Source: an uncultured Pseudomonadales bacterium | Lineage (GTDB): Bacteria; Patescibacteriota; Microgenomatia; UBA1400; CAYNMC01 | Reading direction: 5' to 3' | Assembly (NCBI GenBank): GCA_964414895.1 | Contig: CAYPXO010000002.1 | Span: 35,211 to 99,210 of the forward strand | DNA length: 64,000 nt | Shown: piece after piece, positions 1-9,827 of the stretch | Layout of the letters: every line of letters starts with the position of its first letter | Numbering within the stretch: position 1 is the first letter of the stretch | Notes under the pieces: generated by a model | Told to the model about the DNA's origin: nothing | Seen by the model: the letters and a program-made list of their open reading frames with translations, nothing else | Databases searched by the model: none | Made by a program: the position numbers and the translations under genes

Positions 1-925
1 CTGGCGGAAAATAATCATAAAGCGGTAAATATTGCAAAGCGATTAATTTCTCTCCTCTTAGCTCTGAGATTAGCTTATAGTCAAGTTTATCTAGTACTTG
101 GTTTGCTCTTTTTTTAGCCAAAATATACAAACCTCTTTTTCCAGTAATTCTAACCACTAAATAGTTCTCATTTTTTGCCACTACCAAAGCCCTGTTGGAA
201 GGCAAAGTCCAGGGGGTAGTTGTCCATGCCAATAAATAGACAGGTTGCTTAAATTTATTCAAAAAAGAAGGAGGGCTTTTCAATTTAAACTTTACGGTTA
301 TCGCCGGATCTCTCATCAGCTTATATGAATTATCCATCGCTATCTCAAAGTTGGAAACCGGCGTTCCGCAACGAGGGCAATAAAGAGAAGTCCGAACCCC
401 TTTATAAATCAAGCCTTTGTTATATAACTGCTTAAAAACCCAAATAACTGACTCCATGTAACTAATGTCCATCGTCCGGTAAGCGTTTTCCATATCTACC
501 CAACGACCAATATGGTCAATGTACCACCTCCACTGCAAAGAAACACTTTCTACATAAACCTGGCATTCTTTAATAAACTTACTGATTCCAAAATTTTCTA
601 TTTCTCGACGATTAGTCAGGCCTAGCTTTTCCTCAACTTTATTTTCAATTGGTAAGCCATGGCAATCCCATCCCCAAACTCGCCGCACTTTTTTGCCTTT
701 CATGGTAAAAAAACGAGGAATGACATCTTTAGCAATACTGCCAATAAGATGACCATAATGAGGATAGCCGGTTACAAAAGGAGGTCCATCATAAAAAGTG
801 TAAGGGTTGCTATCCGGCCGTTGCTCAATTGATTTCTCAAAAATTTTGTTTTTCTTCCAAAAAGACAAAATTTTCTCTTCCATCTTAAAAAAATCTGGTT
901 TTGCCTCAACCGGCTCAAAATTCAT
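1..925 (-). CDS. ileS: Isoleucyl-tRNA synthetase, N-terminal part; gene continues past the window start
   Basis: Reverse-strand translation from the ATG at 925 gives MNFEPVEAKPDFFKMEEKILSFW...PPFVTGYPHYGHLIGS...GWDCHGLPIE...WTTTPWTLPSN. The class I HIGH-region, the GWDCHGLPIE and the TTTPWTLP motifs are characteristic of IleS. No stop occurs before position 1. Confidence 0.85.
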   Translation of the reverse strand, partial: MNFEPVEAKPDFFKMEEKILSFWKKNKIFEKSIEQRPDSNPYTFYDGPPFVTGYPHYGHLIGSIAKDVIPRFFTMKGKKVRRVWGWDCHGLPIENKVEEKLGLTNRREIENFGISKFIKECQVYVESVSLQWRWYIDHIGRWVDMENAYRTMDISYMESVIWVFKQLYNKGLIYKGVRTSLYCPRCGTPVSNFEIAMDNSYKLMRDPAITVKFKLKSPPSFLNKFKQPVYLLAWTTTPWTLPSNRALVVAKNENYLVVRITGKRGLYILAKKRANQVLDKLDYKLISELRGEKLIALQYLPLYDYFPP

Positions 926-959
926 AGGGGTATTATATAATTTTTTTCTTCATCCGTCG

Positions 960-1700
960 AATTCCGGGACGGGGCCAGAAATTACTAATATAGCAGTAAT
1001 TATTAGCTATATTTTTTTATCCTGTTTACAACAAAGGCTTTAGAACCAAAAGCCTCTCTACTACCTTTCCATGGATTTAAATCTGAAAGGTCTAAATCAA
1101 CTCCTGCATAAACAAACTCAATGTAATCTTTTAAAGAAAATTCTGATTTGCCTATTAATCTCTCTATTTTCTCCTCATTAACAATTTTTGATTCTTTTCT
1201 CCCCACAATCTCAGCAAAACTGGAGTATGGGTAGCTAACAGGATCAGTTACTAACTTTGCTTTTACAGGATTGAGGTGAATATAGCGAGAAAGCTGTAAA
1301 AAATAGCTCTCTTTTTGAACGAGAATACTTTTATAACGATCCTCAAAAATGGGCCCTCTTCTTTCATTCTTCTTATTGAAGTAAACTCCATAGCTGGTTA
1401 GAAGCCTACTCATTATTTTTGCTAATGGGGTTTTATTTATCTCTATCAAAAAATGAAAATGGTTTGGTAAAAGCACATAAGAATAAACAATAAAATCTAA
1501 CTCCCTGTTTAAATCTCCAAATTTATTTAAGAATTTCAAGTAGTCACCTGTAGAGATAAAAATTTTTTGCTTATTTAAACCACGATTGTAGATATGATAA
1601 AAACCACCTTGATAAGTCAACCTTCTAGCTCTAGGCATCTAAGAAGAATATAGCCTTTTTAAACTGTTATGTCAAGCTTTTCTGCCCCCGTCCCAGGTGG
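960..1700 (-). mobile_element. RAYT/IS200-like transposon unit: Y1 transposase gene flanked by inverted GC-rich repeats
   Basis: CCGGGACGGGGCC at 964-976 and GCCCCCGTCCCAGG at 1684-1697 are reverse complements of each other (12/13 match) and bracket the transposase ORF. A tandem GTCCCAGGTGGAA x2 sits at 1690-1715. The unit is inserted in the ileS-ftsZ spacer. Confidence 0.6.
1003..1638 (-). CDS. REP-associated tyrosine transposase (RAYT, TnpA_REP / IS200-like Y1 HUH transposase)
   Basis: MPRARRLTYQGGFYHIYNRG...YVLLPNHFHFLIE (HuH motif)...RRGPIFEDRYKS...YIHLNPVKA...YPYSSF. Motif order and spacing match E. coli RayT/YafM-type TnpA_REP. Confidence 0.85.
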   Translation of the reverse strand: MPRARRLTYQGGFYHIYNRGLNKQKIFISTGDYLKFLNKFGDLNRELDFIVYSYVLLPNHFHFLIEINKTPLAKIMSRLLTSYGVYFNKKNERRGPIFEDRYKSILVQKESYFLQLSRYIHLNPVKAKLVTDPVSYPYSSFAEIVGRKESKIVNEEKIERLIGKSEFSLKDYIEFVYAGVDLDLSDLNPWKGSREAFGSKAFVVNRIKKYS

Positions 1701-1718
1701 AAGTCCCAGGTGGAAATA

Positions 1719-2873
1719 TTACTTCTTGTTTCGCAAGAAGGCGGGGATATCAAACTTCGTATCCTCAGGAGAAAGTTCTTCTTCTTGCTGATCCTCTTCT
1801 GTCTGTTCTCTTTTTATCAAGCGAGGAATATCAAATTCTCCTTGGTTTAGTCTTTTCTTTTTTTCTAACTGAGGTCTTACCGGACCCACTGAAGTTAACT
1901 GTTGCAATCTTTGTTTAGTCTCATCAAAACCGGCGGCAATAACAGTTATTTTTATCTGATCAACCATTTTCTCATCAATTGTCGCCCCAAAAATAATATT
2001 AGCATCAGCCCCGGCCGCGCTAGTGATAACCTCTGCTGCTTGAGAAACCTCGTCCATCGTTAAATCGGAACCGCCAATTATATTAAAAAGAATTCCCTGA
2101 GCTCCTTCTATAGAAATTTCTAGCAAAGGAGAGGAAATAGCAGCGCGGGCGGCCATTTGAGCGCGATTTTCTCCGCTTCCTGCCCCAATTCCCATTAAAG
2201 CAGAACCAGCATCGGTCATCACCGTACGTACATCGGCAAAATCTACATTAATAAGGCCAGGAATTGTTATTAAGTCAGCAATTCCCTGAACTCCCTGGGA
2301 TAAAACCGAATCAGCAACTTTAAAGGCTTCAAGCAAACTCATCTTTTTATCAACAACGTCCAAAAGCCGCTGATTAGGAATAACAATTAATGTATCAACC
2401 TTTTCCTTTAGCCTCTCTATGCCTTCTTCTGCTACCACCATTCTTCTGGTGCCTTCAAACAAAAAAGGCTTAGTAACAACAGCAACTGTCAAAGCACCGC
2501 TTTCTTTGGCTACTTCGGCAATAATTGGAGAAGCACCTGTCCCTGTCCCTCCTCCCATTCCGCAAGTTAAAAAAACCATATCACTATCAAGCAATAAATC
2601 CTTTATCTTTTCTCTTGACTCCTCGGCCGCTTGCTGGCCAATCTCCGGGTTGGCTCCCGATCCCAATCCTTTAGTTAATTTATCTCCAATCTGCACTTTT
2701 GTCGGTGCCTGAGAAGTAAGAAGAGCTTGCGCATCAGTATTTACGGCCACAAAATCCACCCCTTTTATTTTTTCTCCGGTAACCATTGAGGTAACAGCAT
2801 TGCTACCGCCACCACCAACTCCCAAAACTTTTATCTTAGCAAAGGTGTTTAAATCAGGTTTAACTAAAGCCAT
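1719..2873 (-). CDS. ftsZ: Cell division GTPase FtsZ
   Basis: [10 protein letters not shown] and [10 protein letters not shown] tubulin-signature motifs; T7 loop NVDFADV. Confidence 0.95.
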   Translation of the reverse strand: MALVKPDLNTFAKIKVLGVGGGGSNAVTSMVTGEKIKGVDFVAVNTDAQALLTSQAPTKVQIGDKLTKGLGSGANPEIGQQAAEESREKIKDLLLDSDMVFLTCGMGGGTGTGASPIIAEVAKESGALTVAVVTKPFLFEGTRRMVVAEEGIERLKEKVDTLIVIPNQRLLDVVDKKMSLLEAFKVADSVLSQGVQGIADLITIPGLINVDFADVRTVMTDAGSALMGIGAGSGENRAQMAARAAISSPLLEISIEGAQGILFNIIGGSDLTMDEVSQAAEVITSAAGADANIIFGATIDEKMVDQIKITVIAAGFDETKQRLQQLTSVGPVRPQLEKKKRLNQGEFDIPRLIKREQTEEDQQEEELSPEDTKFDIPAFLRNKK

Positions 2874-2902
2874 AACTTACTTATTTCTTGGGCAGGAGAA
2901 AT

Positions 2903-4192
2903 TCAGGGTAAGAAGGACTTTATAAATTCTATTGTTTTTGCCAACGAACCTCTTACAGGTATCCTTCTAAATATTTTACCAAAATTGTTAAAAGAAAAGG
3001 AAGACTCTCTTGAAATCATATTCCTAATTCCATAAAGAATCAAGCCGTGAGAAACAGCAAAGCGACAACCGGAAACTTCCTCCACTAGTCCAGAAAGTTT
3101 TGATAAAGAAGCAACCCTTACCGGTAAGGAAAGAGTGCCCTTGCAGGCGTCAGAAATACCAATAGTTTCTGCCCCTCCACCACAAAGGACAACACCTGCC
3201 GGTGTTGCTCCTCCAAATCCCGATCTTTTAAGCTCCTCTCCAATAAGAGAAAAAATCTCATTCAATCTGGGTCTTATTATTCCCATCACCAAAGTTTTAT
3301 AAGAAATTTTCCCTGTTTTCTCATTTATTCCTAGCTTCTGAGGGTCAATTTCATCTTTTTTCTTTTCACTTAAATCCAAAATTTCCTCTTTTTTTCTACT
3401 AGAGAGAGCAATTTTTATTTTTTCTGCTGTTTCCAGACTAACCCGCAAACCAATAGCTATATCATTGGTAATATTTTTCGCTCCAACCGGCAAAACAGAA
3501 GAATAAGCTAAAGAGTTATTCGTAAAAATAGCAATACTCGTTGTCCCCCCGCCAATGTCCACCAAACAAACACCTAATTCTTTCTCTGTTTCTGTTAAAC
3601 AAGCCTCGGCAGCCGCTAAACCGGAAAAAACCAACCCATTTATCTCCACCCCTACTTCATTAATGCACTTGGCCAAATTTCTCATTGCCGTTGATGAACC
3701 GCTTACAATATGAGCTTCTGCCTCCAGTCTAACACCGGTCATCCCCAAAGGATCTTTTATTCCTTCCTGGGAATCAAGCTTAAACTCCCGAGGAATAACA
3801 TGAACAACTTCTCTAGAAGAAGGCAAAGAAATTGCTTGAGCCGCCTCTATGACTCGGTTAACATCATTGGAAGTAATTTCCTCTTCTGGATTGGCAACGG
3901 CTACTACCCCTTTTGAGTTCTGCGAATGTACATGAGTTCCTCCAACAGAAATAAAGGCACTGGATAAAGAACAACCAGCCATCCTTTCAGTTGCCTCTAC
4001 ACAAGCCGCTATTGCTTCTATCGCCTCCTCTATATCAACTACTTGACTCTTTTTTAGCCCTTTACTTTCAAGGGAAGAAGCCCCAATAACACTAACCTTG
4101 TCTGACTCCTCAGATAAAGAAGCAATAATCGTAGCAATTTTACAACTCCCTATATCAATACCGGCTATTATTTTTGATTTATTCATTGTCAT
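2903..4192 (-). CDS. ftsA: Cell division protein FtsA (actin-like ATPase)
   Basis: N-terminal IAGIDIGS phosphate-1 motif, DIGGGTT phosphate-2 motif; located immediately upstream of ftsZ. Confidence 0.9.
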   Translation of the reverse strand: MTMNKSKIIAGIDIGSCKIATIIASLSEESDKVSVIGASSLESKGLKKSQVVDIEEAIEAIAACVEATERMAGCSLSSAFISVGGTHVHSQNSKGVVAVANPEEEITSNDVNRVIEAAQAISLPSSREVVHVIPREFKLDSQEGIKDPLGMTGVRLEAEAHIVSGSSTAMRNLAKCINEVGVEINGLVFSGLAAAEACLTETEKELGVCLVDIGGGTTSIAIFTNNSLAYSSVLPVGAKNITNDIAIGLRVSLETAEKIKIALSSRKKEEILDLSEKKKDEIDPQKLGINEKTGKISYKTLVMGIIRPRLNEIFSLIGEELKRSGFGGATPAGVVLCGGGAETIGISDACKGTLSLPVRVASLSKLSGLVEEVSGCRFAVSHGLILYGIRNMISRESSFSFNNFGKIFRRIPVRGSLAKTIEFIKSFLP

Positions 4193-4946
4193 CAGTTGTT
4201 ATCACTGGTTTATCAAAACGTAAGTCAATCTTTAATTTTCCCGTATGTTCGTTTATTTTACTGCTTTGCAATAATAATTGTAAAGAGCCTGCCTGAATAA
4301 AAAAATCCTCGGAGGAAGAAAAAACAGCCCTAAAGCCGGAAAAATGAACAACAAAATTGTCTTTCTCAACAACTACTTTCTCAAAAGGCAAAAAGAAACT
4401 CTCTAAGGCTTTTACCAATTCTAAAGACTTCGCTGTCTGTCCTTGAACTTGTGTCCCCAAAGAAATTCCTTGGTTTTTGTCAACTTCGACAACAGGCAAA
4501 ACCGAATTTTCTCTTTTGTCCAAAGAAAAAACAAAACCTTCCTCGTCAAGCAAAAAGTAATCTTTGCCACTTGATAAAACCACTAAAGGTTCTCTTTTTT
4601 CAAGTCTAACAATCAAGCAATTGGGAAACTTTTTCTTCAGAGTAATCTTTTTTAAAGAAATATCTTTAAACCTAATTTCATTTAAAATCTCTTCTTTTTT
4701 AATAAAAAAAATATTTCGCCCTAAAACAAAATTGAACAATTCTTTTTCTTTGTCTGAACAAGAAAAACCTTCGTTTTTACAATCAATAACAGATATCTCA
4801 AACAAACCCGATTGCCAAAAAAAAATTAAGACCAAAACAAAAAGGAGAGCTAAAAAAATCTTAATCAAAACAGAAAAATGTAAAATAAAATATTTTCCAG
4901 GAGGCGGTTTAAAAAGTCTTTTCTTAATTTCTCTTCTTTTTTTCAT
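4179..4946 (-). CDS. ftsQ: FtsQ/DivIB-like division protein (single TM plus POTRA)
   Basis: N-terminal TM helix, then a POTRA-like segment IFFIKKEEILNEI...CLIVRLEKREPLVVL; position between murG and ftsA. Confidence 0.55.
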   Translation of the reverse strand: MKKRREIKKRLFKPPPGKYFILHFSVLIKIFLALLFVLVLIFFWQSGLFEISVIDCKNEGFSCSDKEKELFNFVLGRNIFFIKKEEILNEIRFKDISLKKITLKKKFPNCLIVRLEKREPLVVLSSGKDYFLLDEEGFVFSLDKRENSVLPVVEVDKNQGISLGTQVQGQTAKSLELVKALESFFLPFEKVVVEKDNFVVHFSGFRAVFSSSEDFFIQAGSLQLLLQSSKINEHTGKLKIDLRFDKPVITTDDNE

Positions 4947-6054
4947 AACTAAATTTTTCTATCTCTTCAACTATTTTATCAGTGGCATCTTTTCTTATCT
5001 TTGCAGTTAAAAATTGAGCGTTTTTTTTGTAAAAATTAAAGTTTTTCTCAACTTCTCTTATTGCTTTCAGCAAACTCTCTTTATTTAACTCTTCCTGGAG
5101 GATAATTTTTCCAGCCCTATGTTTTGTAAATAATCGAGCATTTCTCTCCTGCTCCTGAGCAAAAGCAAAAGGAAGAGGAATAAAAATTGCCGGTTTTCCT
5201 TTCAAAGCTAGTTCATAAACGATATGAGCGCCAGCCCGGCCGACAAAAAAGTGAGCCGTTGCCAAGTTTTCTCCCATTTCCTGATCGGAAAAAAATTTTT
5301 TCAAAATATATCTCTTTTTCAAAGAGAGAAAGTTCCTTTTTTTGGATAAACGGCTAAAATCCTCCGCTTCTAAAATGCTGCCACACTGATGGATCAAATT
5401 AAAATTCTGCAAGACCTCTTCCAAAATTTCTTCTATACAAGAATTAATCACATGGCTGCCTTGCTTGCCGCCAGCTACTAAAATAGTCGGTAATTTTTCG
5501 GGAAAAAGCTTAGTCTTACGACTAAAAACTATTTCTTTTCTCACAGGCAAACCAACAAAAACCGATTTTCGAAAAGGAAAAAACTTTCTTGAGGACGACC
5601 AAGTAAGAAAAACCTTTTTAACAAAAAATTTCAAAAAACGATTGGCCAAACCGGCAGTCCGTGTCTGTTCATGAGTAAAACTGGGAATACCTAAAAACCA
5701 AGCGCTTAAAACAACAGGGACGGCTAAATAGCCTCCAAAAGAAAAAACCAAATCCGGCTTAAGATGGAAAAGATAAGCCCAAGCTCTAAAAAAACCAAAA
5801 AAGACCCTCCACCAATCTTTAAAATTTTTATGGAACTTTCCTGCTCTTAAATTAAAAAAAGCAAAACCACTTGCTTTTACCTGTTTATATTCTTGTCCTT
5901 CTGTTTTTTCCGGCCAACGAGGATAACGTGTTCCTATCCAAAAAACCTGATAGCCTTTTTGCCGCAAGGCTTTTGCTAGAACAAGGGCAGAAATATGATG
6001 CCCGCCGGTAATAACTATTCTTCTTTTCATTCGTTTCTTAACTTTGCCTGGCAA
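4924..6054 (-). CDS. murG: UDP-GlcNAc:lipid I N-acetylglucosaminyltransferase MurG
   Basis: N-terminal ITGGHHISAL (GGTGGH-type) motif; C-terminal GT-B domain with GRAGAHIVYELA; dcw context. Confidence 0.85.
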   Translation of the reverse strand: MPGKVKKRMKRRIVITGGHHISALVLAKALRQKGYQVFWIGTRYPRWPEKTEGQEYKQVKASGFAFFNLRAGKFHKNFKDWWRVFFGFFRAWAYLFHLKPDLVFSFGGYLAVPVVLSAWFLGIPSFTHEQTRTAGLANRFLKFFVKKVFLTWSSSRKFFPFRKSVFVGLPVRKEIVFSRKTKLFPEKLPTILVAGGKQGSHVINSCIEEILEEVLQNFNLIHQCGSILEAEDFSRLSKKRNFLSLKKRYILKKFFSDQEMGENLATAHFFVGRAGAHIVYELALKGKPAIFIPLPFAFAQEQERNARLFTKHRAGKIILQEELNKESLLKAIREVEKNFNFYKKNAQFLTAKIRKDATDKIVEEIEKFSYEKKKRN

Positions 6055-7132
6055 TATTAATTAGTATACCAACCGCTACCATCGCTACAACCAATGAAGA
6101 ACCTCCGTAAGAAATAAAGGGCAAAGGAATACCAGTAAGAGGCAAAAGAGAAACCATCGCCGAAAAATTAACAAAAGCTTGCAATCCCAGCCAAGTTGTT
6201 AAACTGCAAGCCAAAAGTTGCCCGAAGCGGTCTTTTGCCTGCCTAACAACTTTGAATCCCAAAAAAATCAATAAAAGATAAAAAAGAACTAAAAAGCTTG
6301 CGCCTAAAAAACCAACCTCCTCGGCAATAACGGCAAAAATAGAATCGGTAGTCGCCTCTGGCAAATATTGATATTTTTGCCGCGACTGTCCCAACCCTAA
6401 ACCCCAAAAACCCCCAGAGCCAAGAGCAATTAAAATCTGCTGCATATGATAAGATTTTCCCAGGGGATCCAAAGAGGGATCTAAAAAAGTCAAAATCCTA
6501 TTGCGTCGATACTCCGAGGAAAAAATCAAACCTAAACCTAGCAAAAGAGCAAAGAAGGAAAAGAAAAGTAATTTTTTAATTGGCGCCCCGGAAACAAAAT
6601 AAACAAAAAAAGCACTAGCAACAATGACCACTCCTGTTCCCAAATCCGGCTGAAGAATAAGCAAAAATAGTAAAACAAAAATTACTATTAAGAAAGGTAA
6701 AATCGGCCGCTTTTCTTCAAGCCAGGCCGCTAGATAAAGACTTAGGCAGAGCTTTAAAAGTTCCGAAGGCTGAAAACCAAGAAACTCCCTTCCTCCAAAG
6801 AAGTTTCCAAAACTAATCCATCGCCTAGCACCGGAAATCCTCACTCCGACCCCAGGGATTAAAACAATAAGTAAAAGAAAAAAATTAAAAACAAGTAAAG
6901 GTAGGGCAGCTATTTTTAATCTTTTATAATCAAAAAAAGAAGCTAAACTTAAGCCAAGAAATCCCACTCCTCCCCAAATTGCTTGATTGCGTAAAAAGTG
7001 ATATTTATTCCCAAAAATCCTATAGGATTCAAAACTGGAGGCATTATAAATCATTAAAAAACCCAAAAGAACCAAGCTTGCGACAAGAGATAAAAGGAAA
7101 AAGGGAAGATTTTTTTTGGTTTTTGCTTTCAT
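6038..7132 (-). CDS. ftsW: SEDS family lipid II polymerase FtsW
   Basis: Ten-TM profile with C-terminal LPLTGIPLPFISYGGSSL motif. The start is set at the internal MKAKTKK; the longer ORF to 7243 would overlap mraY. Confidence 0.85.
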   Translation of the reverse strand: MKAKTKKNLPFFLLSLVASLVLLGFLMIYNASSFESYRIFGNKYHFLRNQAIWGGVGFLGLSLASFFDYKRLKIAALPLLVFNFFLLLIVLIPGVGVRISGARRWISFGNFFGGREFLGFQPSELLKLCLSLYLAAWLEEKRPILPFLIVIFVLLFLLILQPDLGTGVVIVASAFFVYFVSGAPIKKLLFFSFFALLLGLGLIFSSEYRRNRILTFLDPSLDPLGKSYHMQQILIALGSGGFWGLGLGQSRQKYQYLPEATTDSIFAVIAEEVGFLGASFLVLFYLLLIFLGFKVVRQAKDRFGQLLACSLTTWLGLQAFVNFSAMVSLLPLTGIPLPFISYGGSSLVVAMVAVGILINIARQS

Positions 7133-7140
7133 TTTTAAGA

Positions 7141-8196
7141 TTAAATAATCGCCAACCAAATACCAAAAATGGCCAGCATAATTCCTGCCAGCCAAGTACG
7201 ACTGACAATTTTTGGCTCTTCCCAGCCAAGCAGTTGCAGCCACAAATGTAGAGGAGCTACCGGAAAGACCTTTTTCTTTCTAAACTTTTTAGACAAAAGT
7301 TGTATTAAGCTTGAAGCAACCTCAGCCACAAAAATACCACCAATTACCATTAAAGCCATCACCTTGCCTAGCAATAAAGCAACTACTGCTAGAGTAGCGC
7401 CAAAAGACAAAGAACCAACATCACCAAGCCAAACCCTAGCAGGATAAATATTAAAATAAAGAAAAGAAATCAAAGCACCCAGCCAAAGAGCCAAAAAAAT
7501 AGACAAAGGAGTGTCTAAAATCGCTGCCGATAAAAACCAAAAAACAAAAAGACAAATCATTAAAAGGCCCGAAGCCAAACCATCAAGTCCGTCAGTAATA
7601 TTAACCGCATTGGCAAAAGAAACTATCGTTAAAGCTGACAAAGGAACAAAAAACCAGCCCAGTTTTAACACCCCGTAAAAAGGAATATAAAAAATGTCAA
7701 TCTTTAAGTTTACATACAAAAGAATGCCAATAATCAAAGCCAAAATCCACTGGATTAAAAATTTATGCCTCAATCGCAACCCAAAAAAACCGGTTTGTGA
7801 AAAGCGAAAAAACTTCATTAAATCATCATAAAAACCAAGTAAAGCAAAAGAAACAAAGGTAAAAAAGATTATATTTACTTCTTCTTTAACAGAATAAATA
7901 TGAGTAGCTTCTACACCCAAAAAACTAAGAAGAGGGACCAAAAGGAAAAAGAGAATTCCTGTAGTAAAAATTATCAACAAGCCACCACCAACCGGCGTCC
8001 CTGCTTTGCCTTTGTGAAAACGGTCAAAAATAGGGGTTTTTTTTCCAAAAGCGTCTTTTGTTTTTTGCTGTTGTCTTAAAAATTTAAGCTTATACAAAAA
8101 ATCAATAAAAGGGACAATTAAAATACTGTTTACAATAAAAGAAAAAATAAGCAAACCTAATAGTAAAGCCATTGGGTTTTTCAAATCATCTGTCAT
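7141..8196 (-). CDS. mraY: Phospho-N-acetylmuramoyl-pentapeptide transferase MraY
   Basis: NAVNITDGLDGLA and DVGSLSFGA motifs; the start ATG lies inside the terminal arm of class I repeat copy A. Confidence 0.95.
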   Translation of the reverse strand: MTDDLKNPMALLLGLLIFSFIVNSILIVPFIDFLYKLKFLRQQQKTKDAFGKKTPIFDRFHKGKAGTPVGGGLLIIFTTGILFFLLVPLLSFLGVEATHIYSVKEEVNIIFFTFVSFALLGFYDDLMKFFRFSQTGFFGLRLRHKFLIQWILALIIGILLYVNLKIDIFYIPFYGVLKLGWFFVPLSALTIVSFANAVNITDGLDGLASGLLMICLFVFWFLSAAILDTPLSIFLALWLGALISFLYFNIYPARVWLGDVGSLSFGATLAVVALLLGKVMALMVIGGIFVAEVASSLIQLLSKKFRKKKVFPVAPLHLWLQLLGWEEPKIVSRTWLAGIMLAIFGIWLAII

Positions 8197-8294
8197 TCAT
8201 GGCTTACACCAGGAATCTATACGGATAAATCTATCTTTATAGATCCTGAATCCCCAGCACCATTCGGTGCGGGGCAGGCAAGTTCAGAATGACA
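8191..8294. repeat. Class I nested-palindrome (REPIN-like) element, copy A
   Basis: TGTCATTCATGG...CCAGGAATCTATAC...TATAGATCCTGAATC...GTTCAGAATGACA; fills the dgkA-mraY spacer. Confidence 0.7.
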
Positions 8295-8343
8295 AGGTAG
8301 TAACAAAATTCTAAATTGCCTTACCTACAGCTTAACTGCTATC

Positions 8344-8721
8344 TTACAGATTGTCTACTAAATGCGGAATGACAATCAACACTCCAACTAAGGCAGCGAA
8401 ACAAGCCAATAAAAAAACCGCTCCTGCTGCCATATTCCTTATTTGTCTTGTTTCCTTATATTCCAATTTTAATTTTTCATTTAAAAGATTGCAAATAGCC
8501 TCAATGGCAGAATTCAAAATTTCCGCTGACAAAACAAGAGCTATTAAAACAAAAACAATAAACCATTCAAAAACCTCAAAGCCCAAAATAAAACCGACCA
8601 AAATAATCCCTAAGGCAAAGCCAAGTTCTATTTTTAAATTTCTTTCTTTCTTAAATGCCTGGCAGATGCCTTCTATGGCAAAACTGAATGATTGCAGCAA
8701 ATTATATCTTTTATTTTTCAT
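8344..8721 (-). CDS. dgkA: Diacylglycerol/undecaprenol kinase (DgkA family)
   Basis: 125-aa, 3-TM protein with SFxxAxxG N-terminus and ELLNSAIE-type catalytic motif (AEILNSAIEAI). Confidence 0.75.
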   Translation of the reverse strand: MKNKRYNLLQSFSFAIEGICQAFKKERNLKIELGFALGIILVGFILGFEVFEWFIVFVLIALVLSAEILNSAIEAICNLLNEKLKLEYKETRQIRNMAAGAVFLLACFAALVGVLIVIPHLVDNL

Positions 8722-8739
8722 TTTCAGAGACGCTTATAT

Positions 8740-9762
8740 TCAAAGCCTGCGCCACATCCTTCGTCCTGTCTCAAACAAAAAAACCGGCCAATAATTCCAT
8801 TTTAACGGCAAATCCTGCGCCGGTAAATAGGAAAAAGCCTGCCCCCCAAAACCCTTTTTAAAAAGAGTCACTCCGTAAAAACGATGTTTACGATCTTCTT
8901 TTAAGGTAATTCCCCAAAAATCATAAATAGCACAACCTCTCTTTTTTGCCTCTTTAATTGCTTCCCACTGAATTAAATAAGAAGCAGGAACTTTAGAGAA
9001 AGCCGATGAGGAAGCCGAGTAATGATAAACCGCCCTTTTTCCATAAAAAACAATCATTGCAATAGATAAAACTTTCCCTTTATAAATCGCTTTGAAAATT
9101 TTTATCTGGTCATCAGCGACAAAGGCTTTAAAATGGGCCTGAAGAAAATCAAAAGGAAAGGGGATAAAATTGTGTCTTTTGGCAGTCTCTTTTTGCAGTT
9201 TATACAAAATTTCCACATCTGTCTCTTTAACACTCTTAACTACTTTAACTTTTTCTTTGATTGCTTTCCTTATACAATACCTCGTTGTCTTGCGCATTTG
9301 ACTAAGCAAAGTCTTCTCATCCTTGGTAATATCTAAAATCCAAGTGTCTTGAGCATGAAGATGCATTGGTGCCGGCAAAAAGCCGGCTTTTTTAAACCTT
9401 CCTTTATTAGTTCTATCTCTAACAATCTGCGGTCTTACTCGAACAAAAAGACAGCCCTCTCTCTTTCCTGTTTCTTTTAAAAGCTGGACAAACTTTTCAA
9501 AACAGCTAGGCTCCTGCCAATTAATAATCGGCCCGCCCGGAGACTCTAAATAATTGCCTCTTTTTGCCTCCTGTTTTACCAAAAGAGCAACGCCCTGCAA
9601 ACTACTCCCTCTGTAAAAACCAAAGCGAAAAACTTTACGGCCCAAAAGCCGATGAGTTTCCCCCCAATTCCAAGACTGCAAAAAATTGCCCTGCTCTTTT
9701 TGCCCTAGAACAAAATCCTCCCAAAGCTTCTTATTTGTAATTTCTTCCGTCTGCAAATCCAT
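8740..9762 (-). CDS. FemAB-family peptidoglycan bridge aminoacyl transferase
   Basis: About 340 aa with two GNAT-like halves; KAVYHYSASS...WEAIKEAKKRG region typical of FemX/FemAB; dcw context. Confidence 0.65.
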   Translation of the reverse strand: MDLQTEEITNKKLWEDFVLGQKEQGNFLQSWNWGETHRLLGRKVFRFGFYRGSSLQGVALLVKQEAKRGNYLESPGGPIINWQEPSCFEKFVQLLKETGKREGCLFVRVRPQIVRDRTNKGRFKKAGFLPAPMHLHAQDTWILDITKDEKTLLSQMRKTTRYCIRKAIKEKVKVVKSVKETDVEILYKLQKETAKRHNFIPFPFDFLQAHFKAFVADDQIKIFKAIYKGKVLSIAMIVFYGKRAVYHYSASSSAFSKVPASYLIQWEAIKEAKKRGCAIYDFWGITLKEDRKHRFYGVTLFKKGFGGQAFSYLPAQDLPLKWNYWPVFLFETGRRMWRRL

Positions 9763-9827
9763 ATTTCAAAATTTCAAAAATCTAGAAATTCCTTCATATT
9801 AACTTAAATTACGAAATACTATATCTG

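Noticed and set aside
807-1043. 78-aa plus-strand ORF
   Set aside because: It lies antisense within the ileS 5' region and RAYT flank, has no recognisable motifs and a low-complexity sequence, and is almost certainly spurious.
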